Shown one piece after another: positions 47,185 to 55,813 of a DNA stretch of 64,000 nucleotides (position 1 is the first letter of the stretch; every line of letters begins with the position of its first letter). The DNA is from Chitinophagales bacterium. GTDB taxonomy: Bacteria; Bacteroidota; Bacteroidia; Chitinophagales; Chitinophagaceae. Made by a program: the position numbers and the translations under genes. The notes beneath the pieces are model-generated. The model had not been told where the DNA came from. It ran no database searches and saw nothing but the letters and a program-made list of their open reading frames with translations. The DNA is taken from the NCBI GenBank assembly GCA_017303835.1, contig JAFLBI010000002.1, positions 385,945 to 449,944 of the forward strand, written 5' to 3'.

Positions 47185-47715
47185 ATGGCTTATAAATCTC
47201 TCAAACCTGCAGATGCCACGGTTAAAAAGCCAGGCTATGTAAAAGCATGGGTAAACATCCTCAGCGACTTTACCACGCTTCAAGTGCCAACACTTGGTGA
47301 AACACCAGCTGTTGGTGATAAGTATAAAATCACTACTGACCACGTTTGGGCTCTTGGCAAAGGTGCAATGACTTGCATGGCTGATCCTGAAGTATTGGAA
47401 GCTAGTGGCGAAAGCGTTGGCGAGAAGGGCAGCTTGAACATGAAGTACATGCCTAAAATCTTCATCCCCGGTGATGGCCCTGCAATGCAAGAAGTTGTTG
47501 ACAGCATTGCCAATGAAGGACTGGTTATTTTCATGCAGAATACTTGTGAAGCCGATTCTAAAGTATATCAGTATGGCGGTGGCTGTGTGCCTTGTAAAGT
47601 AACCAAAGTGGGCTTTGGTAGCGGCACATTCGTAAGTGGTAAAGTTGGTTGGACATTGGAAATTGAAGCTTACGATCGTTACTTCTACGAAGGCGATATC
47701 ACTGAAAGAGCCTAA
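47185..47715 (+). CDS. Phage structural protein, hypothetical (possible tail tube or decoration protein by position)
   Basis: 176 aa. I chose it over the overlapping 208-aa minus-strand ORF because of operon direction and normal amino-acid composition. Confidence 0.5.
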   Translation: MAYKSLKPADATVKKPGYVKAWVNILSDFTTLQVPTLGETPAVGDKYKITTDHVWALGKGAMTCMADPEVLEASGESVGEKGSLNMKYMPKIFIPGDGPAMQEVVDSIANEGLVIFMQNTCEADSKVYQYGGGCVPCKVTKVGFGSGTFVSGKVGWTLEIEAYDRYFYEGDITERA

Positions 47716-47717
47716 CC

Positions 47718-47921
47718 ATGGAATTCGAGCAGCTTGAAGTAAGAGAAAAGTATGTGCTGATGAGTGAGGTAGATCACACCATCCGCACAAAAGAAGGGTA
47801 CTATGGCAAACTGAGCCGCATTAGCCTGGCACAGGCAGATGCGATGTTCGAAAGAAACAATCAGTTTGTAAAGCTTCGCCCGGCTTCTCTTCCACTTCCA
47901 ACAGAAAACGAAGAAGCATAG
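47718..47921 (+). CDS. Phage hypothetical protein
   Basis: 67 aa ORF starting 3 nt after the previous stop. Confidence 0.4.
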   Translation: MEFEQLEVREKYVLMSEVDHTIRTKEGYYGKLSRISLAQADAMFERNNQFVKLRPASLPLPTENEEA

Positions 47922-47943
47922 ATCTTAACAACAAAAAATGAAA

Positions 47944-47978
47944 ATCCTCATCCACCCAGTGTGGGTGGGGATTTTTTT
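47944..47978 (+). terminator. Strong intrinsic terminator inside the structural region
   Basis: CCACCCA-GTG-TGGGTGG core with outer ATCC/GGAT pairing, followed by T7. Confidence 0.7.
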
Positions 47979-48350
47979 ATGATGTTCTACTCAGCAGATG
48001 ATATCAACCCAAAGATTGAAAGCAGAACAGATCAGTTAGTGAAAGAACTGAAAGCTGAAATGTCTTCTCTAGGAATGGTGCATGATAAAAAGGATCCATT
48101 ATTTAGAATTGGGCGCAGGTATAACAAGGAGAAAGAGTTTAACATGATCAACCGCATACGCCTAAGGTTTAAGCGTAGCGGTGTGTTTGTACATAAAGGT
48201 GTTGGGCGGCCTAAGAAAGACGGCTCACCCAGCAGCAGACAACCAAAAGAATGGTTTAACCCATTGGTTGAAAAATACGCAGATGATTTGGCCGACACAA
48301 TGGCAGATCATTTGGTAGAAGCCACATTCGATAGACTCAAAATCAGGTAA
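47979..48350 (+). CDS. Phage hypothetical protein
   Basis: The start is set to ATG 47979 (MMFYSADD...), directly after the terminator T-run. It is a basic protein just upstream of the tape measure gene. Confidence 0.45.
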   Translation: MMFYSADDINPKIESRTDQLVKELKAEMSSLGMVHDKKDPLFRIGRRYNKEKEFNMINRIRLRFKRSGVFVHKGVGRPKKDGSPSSRQPKEWFNPLVEKYADDLADTMADHLVEATFDRLKIR

Positions 48351-48351
48351 C

Positions 48352-51300
48352 ATGGCAGAAGCAACAAAATCAGTTTCCAGAGTAGTAACCTTAGATACCA
48401 CCAGTGCACAATTTGCGCTAGATCAGTTAGGTGCTAAGATGGATATGATCGATAAAAAAATTGCTGATGCAAATGCTAAAGGCAAGAGCGTAGCAAAACT
48501 GGAAGAAGACAAGGCTAAGATCATGCAGCGGCAGGCTACCATTCAAGAGCAGATCAATAAAGGCCTTGGATCGACCTACAATCAACAAGCAAAGTATGTT
48601 GATGCATTACGTAGGCAGTTGAACAATGTAGCCATTGGTACTGATGAATGGGCTAAGAAGCTAAAGGAGCTGAAGAAAGCAGAACAGGTTTTCGACAGCA
48701 TGAAAGAGAAAATGGGCATGGTTAGTAAGGTGCAGCGTTCATTTATGAACGAGGTGAAAACAATTGCCATGGGCGTTTTCATTGGTAATACCATTCAACA
48801 GGCTACTGCAGCCATATCAGGTTATATCAATAACCTATTATCAGGAAATGCAAAGCTCAGTGATGAGCTTGCTGATATTGAGAAAGCCAGTGGCCTTACA
48901 AAAATTCAGGTTGAGGAACTGAATAAAGAATTCCGGAAGATTGATACCAGAACAAGCAGCAGCAACCTTAGACAGATAGCCATTGGTTTAGGACAAGCAG
49001 GCGAAGAAGTAAACCGCTTCAATGTAGAAAAGCTGGATAGAATCGTAGTTGCATTGGGTGATGAGTTTGGTGGAGATAGTCGCGAGATAACCACTGTGCT
49101 ATCTATCCTTAGAAATAACCTTCAGGACATCAAAACCAATAACTATGGTGATGATGTAGAGCGCATTGGTAATGCGCTAAACGTACTTGGTGCCAGTGGC
49201 CAGGCAACAGCACCTGTGGTGGTAGATTTTGCCAATAGAATGGCAGGTGTAGCAGGAACATTTAAACTGACCAGTGGTGAGATACTTGGTGTTGCTGCCA
49301 CATTTCAGGAGCTTGGTATCAATGTAGAGCGCGGATCCACTGCATTCATCAAGATTCTGCAACGGATAGCTGCAGAGCCTGAGAAGTTTGCCAAAGTATC
49401 TGGCATGGCTGTGAATGATTTCATTAAGCTGGTGAATCAGGATCTGATGAGTGCATTTGTGAAGGTTGCGGAAGGAGCCCGAAAAGCTGGTGCCGACAAT
49501 GTAACCTTTGGTAAGATTCTGAAGGAACTGGATGCAGATGGTAGCGGTGCCGGTGAAGTGTTGAGTAAAGTAGCCAGAAATGCTGATTTGGTGAGTGAGA
49601 AGGTAAACCTTGCCACTGAAAGCCTGAAGAATAATAACAGCATCACAGATGAGTTCAATAAAAAGAACAACAACCTTGCTGCCAATCTGGAAAAAATTGG
49701 AAAGAATATTGCCGGTTGGTTTAGCAACAGTTCTTTTTCAAACCTGCTTAATGATTTTGTTGGTGGCCTTGTAAAAGCAACTGGCCCGGCAGAAGACTTG
49801 GCAGATGCATTCTTCAAACAGCAAACCGCTGTTGGCAATTTGGAGAAGAACTTGAATCCGCTAATTCAAAGAGTAGATACACTGCAGAATAAATCGAAGC
49901 TGAATAAAGATGAGCAGGTAGAATTGAATAAAGCCATTACCACTATTGCCAGCAACATTCCTTCTGCCATAACTCAGTTTGATAAGTACGGCAATGCAAT
50001 TGGCATCAATACAGAAAAGGCAAGAGAATTTATTCGCATTCAAAAAATCATGCTGCAGGAAAAAAACAGAGAAGCTATTTCCGATCAGGAAGCTTTGCTG
50101 AAAAAGCTGCAGGCTGAAGATCAGTTGAATGACAAGCGAAGACCTGATATTGTAAAGTATACTGCTATCAATGATCCTGCAAGTGTAAAGGGTACACAGG
50201 ATTTCTTGAATAGAGCAACAGCTTTGAAACAACGTATTGAAGCTGTAAAAGCAATCATCGGTGAGCTGAAAGGTGAGCCATTAGTGAAAGACCTGAATAA
50301 GCCTGCAGGCAGTACGCCACCAGAACCACCGGAAGGCAAAATCACGCAAGACTTATTTGGTAAGCCAGAAGATCGTGCTAAGAAAATGCGCGATGCCAGG
50401 AGTGAATATGAGCAGCTCATCAAGTCTATTACAGACCTGATGAATAAAGCTGTTAAGAGCGATTTTGCCCTGCAGTTTGATAAGATCATTGAAGACAGGA
50501 AACAGCAAGAAGCGAAGCTGCAGGACTTACTAAAACGCAAAGTGATCAGTAAGCAGGAACTGGCAGATGGTTTTGCACTCATTGAAAAAGAAACCGGATC
50601 CAGAATAGCCAAACTGCTAAGTGATCTGAATGGCCAATACAAGCCTGAGGTTGCTGTTGATATTGTACCTGAGTTCACAGAGCAGGATGCGGAAGATATG
50701 GGCAAGGTGCTAGCCCAGGGCTTCAGGAATCTACAAAAACAAAAGCGTGATGATCTAGCAGGTGCAGAACTGCAGGTGTTGCTTGCTGGAAATCCTCAGC
50801 AAAGGTTAGAAGCACAGAAAGCGCAGCTTGATGAAGAAATGTTCTGGGAGCTCAATAATACTGAGCTAACAGAGAATGAGAAAGAAGTGATCAGGGCAAA
50901 GTATGCGCAGAAGCGTATGGATCTAGAGCATGAGTTCTGGGGCAACATGATGGGTGTTGCACAAACATTCTTTGATTTTACCAGTCAAGCATTAAGTGGA
51001 CTGGATGCATTGTACCAAGCACGTAATTCAAAAGAGATTGCTGCACACAATGCAGAAATGCTAAGGCTGGATGAGAAAAAGAAAAAGGTAGAGCAGAATC
51101 TGAAGTCTGGTGTAATTACACAGCAAGAAGCGCAGATACAATCAACCAACATTCAGCGCGAAGCAGCAGCAAAAGAGCGCGAGCTGCAGATAAAACAATT
51201 TGAACGCAATAAGAAGCTTCAGACCGCACAGGCTGTTATTAACGGCTTTCAGGCCATTACTGCAACCCTTGCAAAGTTTGGTCCACCATTGCCGCCCAAC

Positions 51301-51891
51301 TTTTTGGGTATTGCTGCCATGGCTATGACACTGGCATCTAATGTGGCCAATGTAATTGGTATATCCAGCCAGAAGCCACAGTTCAAGGATGGTGGTATAG
51401 TAGGCGGTAATAGCTACCACGGAAGCAGGTACGGACAATCAGGCATTGCTTTGGTTGATCGTAAAACCGGGCAGGAAATGGGCGAGATGGAAAGTGGAGA
51501 GCCTTATATGATCCTGAGCCGGAAGTTCAGAGAGAAGAATGCGGGCCTTATTCCACAGCTGCTGCAAGCTAGTAAGAATGGTACGGTAGTGCCTATGTAT
51601 GCAGCAAGGCCACTGGAAACCATAGACTATGCAAGCGTAAGGCAGAGTATCAGCCAACGCCAGTTTGCCACCGGTGGCATCTTCAATGGCGCGGCAGGCG
51701 GTGCAGCTTCAGGGGGTAATGATCAGTTAAATGCAGTGCTTTTACAGGTGTCCGCGGGGCTGTCCGCACTGACGGCCAGTAACCGGGCATTGGTAGAAAA
51801 GCTTAGCCAACCTATAGAAGGGTATGTCCGCTTATCACAAATTGAGGAAGCCAATGATACCCGTAACCGTATTCTACAGGAAGTAGCATAA
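48352..51891 (+). CDS. Tail tape measure protein
   Basis: 1179 aa and largely alpha-helical/coiled coil. It has a TMP core-like segment (ILGVAATFQELGINVERGSTAFIKILQRIA) and hydrophobic segments near the C-terminus. Confidence 0.8.
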   Translation: MAEATKSVSRVVTLDTTSAQFALDQLGAKMDMIDKKIADANAKGKSVAKLEEDKAKIMQRQATIQEQINKGLGSTYNQQAKYVDALRRQLNNVAIGTDEWAKKLKELKKAEQVFDSMKEKMGMVSKVQRSFMNEVKTIAMGVFIGNTIQQATAAISGYINNLLSGNAKLSDELADIEKASGLTKIQVEELNKEFRKIDTRTSSSNLRQIAIGLGQAGEEVNRFNVEKLDRIVVALGDEFGGDSREITTVLSILRNNLQDIKTNNYGDDVERIGNALNVLGASGQATAPVVVDFANRMAGVAGTFKLTSGEILGVAATFQELGINVERGSTAFIKILQRIAAEPEKFAKVSGMAVNDFIKLVNQDLMSAFVKVAEGARKAGADNVTFGKILKELDADGSGAGEVLSKVARNADLVSEKVNLATESLKNNNSITDEFNKKNNNLAANLEKIGKNIAGWFSNSSFSNLLNDFVGGLVKATGPAEDLADAFFKQQTAVGNLEKNLNPLIQRVDTLQNKSKLNKDEQVELNKAITTIASNIPSAITQFDKYGNAIGINTEKAREFIRIQKIMLQEKNREAISDQEALLKKLQAEDQLNDKRRPDIVKYTAINDPASVKGTQDFLNRATALKQRIEAVKAIIGELKGEPLVKDLNKPAGSTPPEPPEGKITQDLFGKPEDRAKKMRDARSEYEQLIKSITDLMNKAVKSDFALQFDKIIEDRKQQEAKLQDLLKRKVISKQELADGFALIEKETGSRIAKLLSDLNGQYKPEVAVDIVPEFTEQDAEDMGKVLAQGFRNLQKQKRDDLAGAELQVLLAGNPQQRLEAQKAQLDEEMFWELNNTELTENEKEVIRAKYAQKRMDLEHEFWGNMMGVAQTFFDFTSQALSGLDALYQARNSKEIAAHNAEMLRLDEKKKKVEQNLKSGVITQQEAQIQSTNIQREAAAKERELQIKQFERNKKLQTAQAVINGFQAITATLAKFGPPLPPNFLGIAAMAMTLASNVANVIGISSQKPQFKDGGIVGGNSYHGSRYGQSGIALVDRKTGQEMGEMESGEPYMILSRKFREKNAGLIPQLLQASKNGTVVPMYAARPLETIDYASVRQSISQRQFATGGIFNGAAGGAASGGNDQLNAVLLQVSAGLSALTASNRALVEKLSQPIEGYVRLSQIEEANDTRNRILQEVA

Positions 51892-51928
51892 CTCGCTGTT
51901 TTTCATGTTGTAAGAAAGGGTACGACAT

Positions 51929-51959
51929 AAGCCGCTCCTAGTCTTGGGAGTGGCTTTTT
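51929..51959 (+). terminator. Intrinsic terminator after the tape measure gene
   Basis: AAGCCGCTCC-TAGTCTTG-GGAGTGGCTT (10 bp, one G-U) running into T5. Confidence 0.7.
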
Positions 51960-52086
51960 GTGCTTATTTGTGAAAAATTGTGTATTTCTATGACAATTCT
52001 ATGTGGAAAAGTCCTTTCTTTTGTGGTGGATAACGGTGTTCAACGGTATTTTTTCCGCTTAATTCCATTATCGAATACAACTGATT

Positions 52087-52551
52087 ATGACAGCGATTGA
52101 TTCTAGCTATTTCAATGAATTGTATAATCACAATTCCTTGTGGCGTTTTTCGCAAACCCTACTTTACAACTTTATTTCTAAGGTCAGAATTACTTTAAAT
52201 CTGAAGATTAGAACTAGGTTGATCAATTCTATTAATAAAAATCTTCGTAAGCATCACCTGCTTATGTCTGGTATTATTCAGGAGATAAGCTCAGCAGATT
52301 ATAACATTGATGACATCAATGAAATATATCCAGTAGTGTCTGATGCTCTAAATGAGTTCAGGAGAAGTCATACTAAACTAGAGAAGTTAGACTTTCTTAA
52401 TAATGAAGACACTAGGGTTTTATCAAAAGTTGTATTAAAAGATCTCTACAAAATTGAGTCAATCATCCGTAGGAAAATGCCAACGCCATCAGTAGAAAGC
52501 TTTGCTGATGAAAAGAAAATGCTCCAAGGATTGATCGCTGCATCTGTATAG
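52087..52551 (+). CDS. Hypothetical all-helical protein, first gene of the AT-rich insert
   Basis: 154 aa with no family recognised. Its stop lies 1-7 nt before the start of the MazF-like gene. Confidence 0.5.
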   Translation: MTAIDSSYFNELYNHNSLWRFSQTLLYNFISKVRITLNLKIRTRLINSINKNLRKHHLLMSGIIQEISSADYNIDDINEIYPVVSDALNEFRRSHTKLEKLDFLNNEDTRVLSKVVLKDLYKIESIIRRKMPTPSVESFADEKKMLQGLIAASV

Positions 52552-52558
52552 GTTGCTT

Positions 52559-52909
52559 ATGCTATTTCAGCAAAGAGATTTAATAGAACTACACTCACCT
52601 TCTTTATTGCCAGATGGTAACGAAAAATTCCATCCATTCCTTATTATAAGTACTATTGATGTGGCTTCACAAGAGAGAAGCTACTTAGGTGTTATGATGA
52701 CTTCATCAAGTCATACTACAAAATTTTCTTTTCCATGTCCAGACTCTTCTTTTGAAGGAGCCTTAAAGCCGAATTCTCATTTGCAGATGCACATCGTTCA
52801 TATGATAAGGCATGAAAATGTTAAGGCATGGAGAAATAGAATGAAAAAAGATGATTTCGAATTCTTTCTTGAAGAATTTAATTCATTGATATTAAAAGTT
52901 GACAAATGA
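52559..52909 (+). CDS. PemK/MazF-like (SH3-fold toxin-like) protein
   Basis: The pattern RDLIELH...GNEKFHPFLIIS...YLGVMMTSS...NSHLQMHIVHMIRHENV parallels MazF/Kid blocks (GDI..v....G.E....RPalVvS / v.v.PiTS / S.v..dQirtid..R). A TTG at 52553 is an alternative start. Confidence 0.45.
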   Translation: MLFQQRDLIELHSPSLLPDGNEKFHPFLIISTIDVASQERSYLGVMMTSSSHTTKFSFPCPDSSFEGALKPNSHLQMHIVHMIRHENVKAWRNRMKKDDFEFFLEEFNSLILKVDK

Positions 52910-53451
52910 GACTATTTGCATTAATCTTCTGTTTATTATCAAATTTCACTTTCGCCCAAGACCTCACACCAGACACACTTCGCCATGCGGCTAGTGGTTT
53001 CTTATTTGAAGAAGGTACTAAGTTGAAACTAGGACAGGGCACTATGCCTGATGGCAGTTTCAAATACATAAAAATTAACTCAGCTTCCTTGATGTCTTAT
53101 TATGGTAACTCTCCTAACGCTGCCAACTCAGCAAATGCTTTACCACCAAGCTTTGGCGGCAAGAATGCAGAAGTTGCTCGATTGGAGTTAAGAGGTACTA
53201 GAAAAACAGGATATAGTCCGTACGCTATTTTAAAGCTTGGTATGCCAATGCGTTATGAGTGCGATATTGATAATGCCATTGCAGCTGGCGAACTCATTAT
53301 ACCAGGATATGATCCTAAAGGAGCTGGTGCACCTAAAGCCGCACCAATGAGCCTAGCAGATGAGTTGAAAAAATTAAAGGAACTGCTAGATGCTGGTGCC
53401 ATCACTAAAGAAGAGTACGATGCCATGAAGAAGAAGCTGATAGGTAATTAG
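52906..53451 (+). CDS. Exported protein with C-terminal SHOCT domain
   Basis: 181 aa with signal peptide MRLFALIFCLLSNFTFAQ. The C-terminal LADELKKLKELLDAGAITKEEYDAMKKKL is a SHOCT motif. It has an ATGA overlap with the upstream gene. Confidence 0.6.
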   Translation: MRLFALIFCLLSNFTFAQDLTPDTLRHAASGFLFEEGTKLKLGQGTMPDGSFKYIKINSASLMSYYGNSPNAANSANALPPSFGGKNAEVARLELRGTRKTGYSPYAILKLGMPMRYECDIDNAIAAGELIIPGYDPKGAGAPKAAPMSLADELKKLKELLDAGAITKEEYDAMKKKLIGN

Positions 53452-53536
53452 AACCTTTAGCTATTCCGATCATATACATTTAACCATTTATTTCTATTAT
53501 TGGAAACCAATTTCGGCATCCTAAATTTTGAGCCGA

Positions 53537-53734
53537 ATGGAAAAACCAAAAACACAGGCAATGAAGCAGCCTGAAACCAATGAAATGCTTCAGCAGTTTG
53601 TTCAGTTGTACAATCAGGCAATGCAGTTGCAGCAGCTATTTTTAGCTGGTAAATTGCCACCTGATTTTTCAGTGATGCCAGAGTTCACCAATCACCGGCT
53701 TATTGGTGAAATGATTAAAAAAATAGCCGATTAG
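53537..53734 (+). CDS. Phage hypothetical protein
   Basis: 65 aa from ATG 53537 (MEKPKTQAMKQ...). The track starts it at TTG 53528. Confidence 0.35.
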   Translation: MEKPKTQAMKQPETNEMLQQFVQLYNQAMQLQQLFLAGKLPPDFSVMPEFTNHRLIGEMIKKIAD

Positions 53735-53823
53735 TCCTTTTCAATTGTTTCACAACTACCCCCAATTTTTTATATCTTGTGTAGGCAAAAGAGGCGGCAA
53801 CTCTATAACCACGGCAGCTTATT

Positions 53824-54045
53824 ATGGATTCACCGGCACATATCATTCACCAGCGCAGACGCATTTGCGCCTTTCTCCTTCACTCAGCCAAAGAACAACA
53901 ATTAGACCTGGCAATTCTTAGCCAGAAAACAGGCATGAAGGAATCTACCATATCCCGCATTTTCAGCGGAGACTTTCCCCCACAGTTCGATCACTTACTA
54001 ATTCTGGCAGATGCTATTGGCGTAAACATAACCGCCAACAGATAG
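53824..54045 (+). CDS. XRE-family helix-turn-helix protein
   Basis: 73 aa. QLDLAILSQKTGMKESTISRIFSG is a classic XRE HTH. Confidence 0.6.
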   Translation: MDSPAHIIHQRRRICAFLLHSAKEQQLDLAILSQKTGMKESTISRIFSGDFPPQFDHLLILADAIGVNITANR

Positions 54046-54058
54046 CATTTTTCTGAAA

Positions 54059-54099
54059 TCACTGTCCTTTCTGCCCCCATTGTATTAAAGCAATTTCAC
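54059..54099 (+). promoter_or_regulatory. Late-promoter-like element, copy C
   Basis: TCACTGTCCTTTC (54059-54071), then N18, then GCAATTTCAC (54090-54099), then 3 nt, then ATG 54103. The geometry is identical to copy A. Confidence 0.55.
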
Positions 54100-54102
54100 A
54101 CC

Positions 54103-54423
54103 ATGGCAAGGAGTGAAAATTGCATGCTGCTAAAAGATGTTATTGCTATCATGGATAGTGGCCAAGAGTTTTCTATTGGCTTCAGAACCTATAGCAAAAC
54201 AAAAGACACTGGCGGTGAATGGCGCAGCTTTCCTCGTTGCCGTAAAAAACAAGATTCTTCACCGGCCCAAGCTACGCCCGGAGTAAGCATTACTGAAACC
54301 AACAAGAAACACCCAAACCACTTTGCGCATTTTACGCGCAACATAGTGGTTTTGCCCAGTGGTGAAATTGTGAAGATCAGGCTTCGTCTGGTGCGCAAGT
54401 TCAATGGCAAAACCGTGATCTGA
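54103..54423 (+). CDS. Phage hypothetical protein
   Basis: 106 aa basic protein whose stop overlaps the start of the portal-like gene (ATGA). Confidence 0.45.
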   Translation: MARSENCMLLKDVIAIMDSGQEFSIGFRTYSKTKDTGGEWRSFPRCRKKQDSSPAQATPGVSITETNKKHPNHFAHFTRNIVVLPSGEIVKIRLRLVRKFNGKTVI

Positions 54424-55811
54424 TGGTAGAAGTTGTTAACGGCATTGGCTACAGCGCAAGAACACAAGCTGCTTTCATGTATAAGAATGAAGCTGCAAGA
54501 GCTTCAGCACCTAAGGACAATAGTTCATCTGCAAGTTCTGGTGCATGGGTAAACTGGGGAGAGAATAATAACCTGCCCGGCGAAATGGCTAAGCTGATTG
54601 AAAGCTGTGGCGTATTGTCTGCAGGTGTAGAAAGTAAAGTGCGCATCTCCATTGGTAAAGGCATTGAGCCTTTTTTGCTCACTGATAAAACAAAAGACGG
54701 TGAAGTTTTAGAACCCGTTTTTGATGATGAGATTGATGAGTGGTTAGAGGTGAATGATATGTACGAATACGCCCGCATGGTGATGACCGGGTTAATTGGC
54801 TATGGATGGAATGTCGGCCAGTTAGTGATGCGTAAGAAAGAAAACTATATCGCGAGAGTAAAAGCTCCTGATGTAGTGCATTGCCGCTTACGCAAAATGA
54901 ATGACCAGGGTGTGATTGAAAGCCTGTTTATGAAGGACGATTGGGGTGCCATGGGTTCTGCAGGTACACACAAAGAAATTACACTGTTGGATGAAGGGTA
55001 TGAGCTGGAAGAATTAAGTGGCAAGACTTCCGGCAGCAAGCGTGAGTTTGCTATTCTGCACAGGTACAAAAGAAACGGCCGTCTGTATTATCCAACGCCG
55101 CTGTGGTATGCTGCAAAAGAATGGGTAGATGTTGCCATTAGTATTCCTAAGTTCAAATCTGCATTGCATCAAAACCAGATGCACATTAAGTATATCATCC
55201 ACATTTCTGAATACTACTGGAAAAAGCAAATCCCTAAATGGGATTCTATGAATGCGGATGAGAAGACACGTGTAATGCAAGAAACCTATAACAGAATTGA
55301 GGAAAGTCTTGTAGGTGCAGAGAAAGCAGGTAAATCAATTACTTCAGGAACCTATGTAGATCCTATCACCAAGATTGAAAGCAAGGGTGTTGAGATTGAA
55401 GTGTTGGATGACAAATTCAAGGATGGTAAAATGCTGCCCGACTCATCTGCAGCCAACTCTGAAATCCTGTTCGCTTTGATGATGAACCCATCATTGATGG
55501 GTTTAGGTCAGCCGGGTGGTCCTTACGCCAATAATGCCGGTGGATCTAACGTGCGCGAATCTTACCTCACACAAATGATGATGCTAGAGCCAGAGCGAAA
55601 GCAGATTGTTCGCCTCATGAATTTGGTATCTCGATTCAATAAGTGGAAAGAGCGCCTAGAAGTAGAGCGCAATTTCACCATCTCAACTGTAAACGGTAAT
55701 ACAGCCACCACATCATCTGTAAAGCGTAAGCCTAAACTGGTTTGGCGATTCCCTAGCGGATTACTGACAACACTCGATACCGGTAAATCAACCAAGCAAG
55801 AAAACCTGTAA
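54423..55811 (+). CDS. Putative portal protein
   Basis: 462 aa with no Walker A, so it is not a terminase. The segments NNNLPGEMAKLIESCGVLSAGVESKVRISIGKG and SSAANSEILFALMMNPSLMGLG resemble conserved portal-family blocks. Confidence 0.55.
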   Translation: MVEVVNGIGYSARTQAAFMYKNEAARASAPKDNSSSASSGAWVNWGENNNLPGEMAKLIESCGVLSAGVESKVRISIGKGIEPFLLTDKTKDGEVLEPVFDDEIDEWLEVNDMYEYARMVMTGLIGYGWNVGQLVMRKKENYIARVKAPDVVHCRLRKMNDQGVIESLFMKDDWGAMGSAGTHKEITLLDEGYELEELSGKTSGSKREFAILHRYKRNGRLYYPTPLWYAAKEWVDVAISIPKFKSALHQNQMHIKYIIHISEYYWKKQIPKWDSMNADEKTRVMQETYNRIEESLVGAEKAGKSITSGTYVDPITKIESKGVEIEVLDDKFKDGKMLPDSSAANSEILFALMMNPSLMGLGQPGGPYANNAGGSNVRESYLTQMMMLEPERKQIVRLMNLVSRFNKWKERLEVERNFTISTVNGNTATTSSVKRKPKLVWRFPSGLLTTLDTGKSTKQENL

Positions 55812-55813
55812 AC

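Noticed and set aside
47164-47790. 208-aa minus-strand ORF, longer than the plus-strand ORF it overlaps
   Set aside because: It is antisense within a uniformly plus-strand operon. Its composition (many C, H, F) is atypical, whereas the plus-strand 176-aa product looks like a normal soluble protein and is tightly spaced with its neighbours.
47718-48350. Tail-assembly-chaperone pair with programmed -1 frameshift upstream of the tape measure gene
   Set aside because: I found no slippery heptamer near the end of the first ORF, and the two ORFs are separated by a strong terminator rather than overlapping.
50121-50705. 194-aa minus-strand ORF inside the tape measure gene
   Set aside because: It is Ser/Leu/Cys-rich and arises as an antisense artefact of a long, compositionally biased gene. 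Other minus-strand ORFs inside the secA and TMP genes were rejected for the same reason.
53457-53660. 67-aa minus-strand ORF
   Set aside because: It is antisense to the plus-strand small ORF in a plus-strand-only region and has no supporting features.
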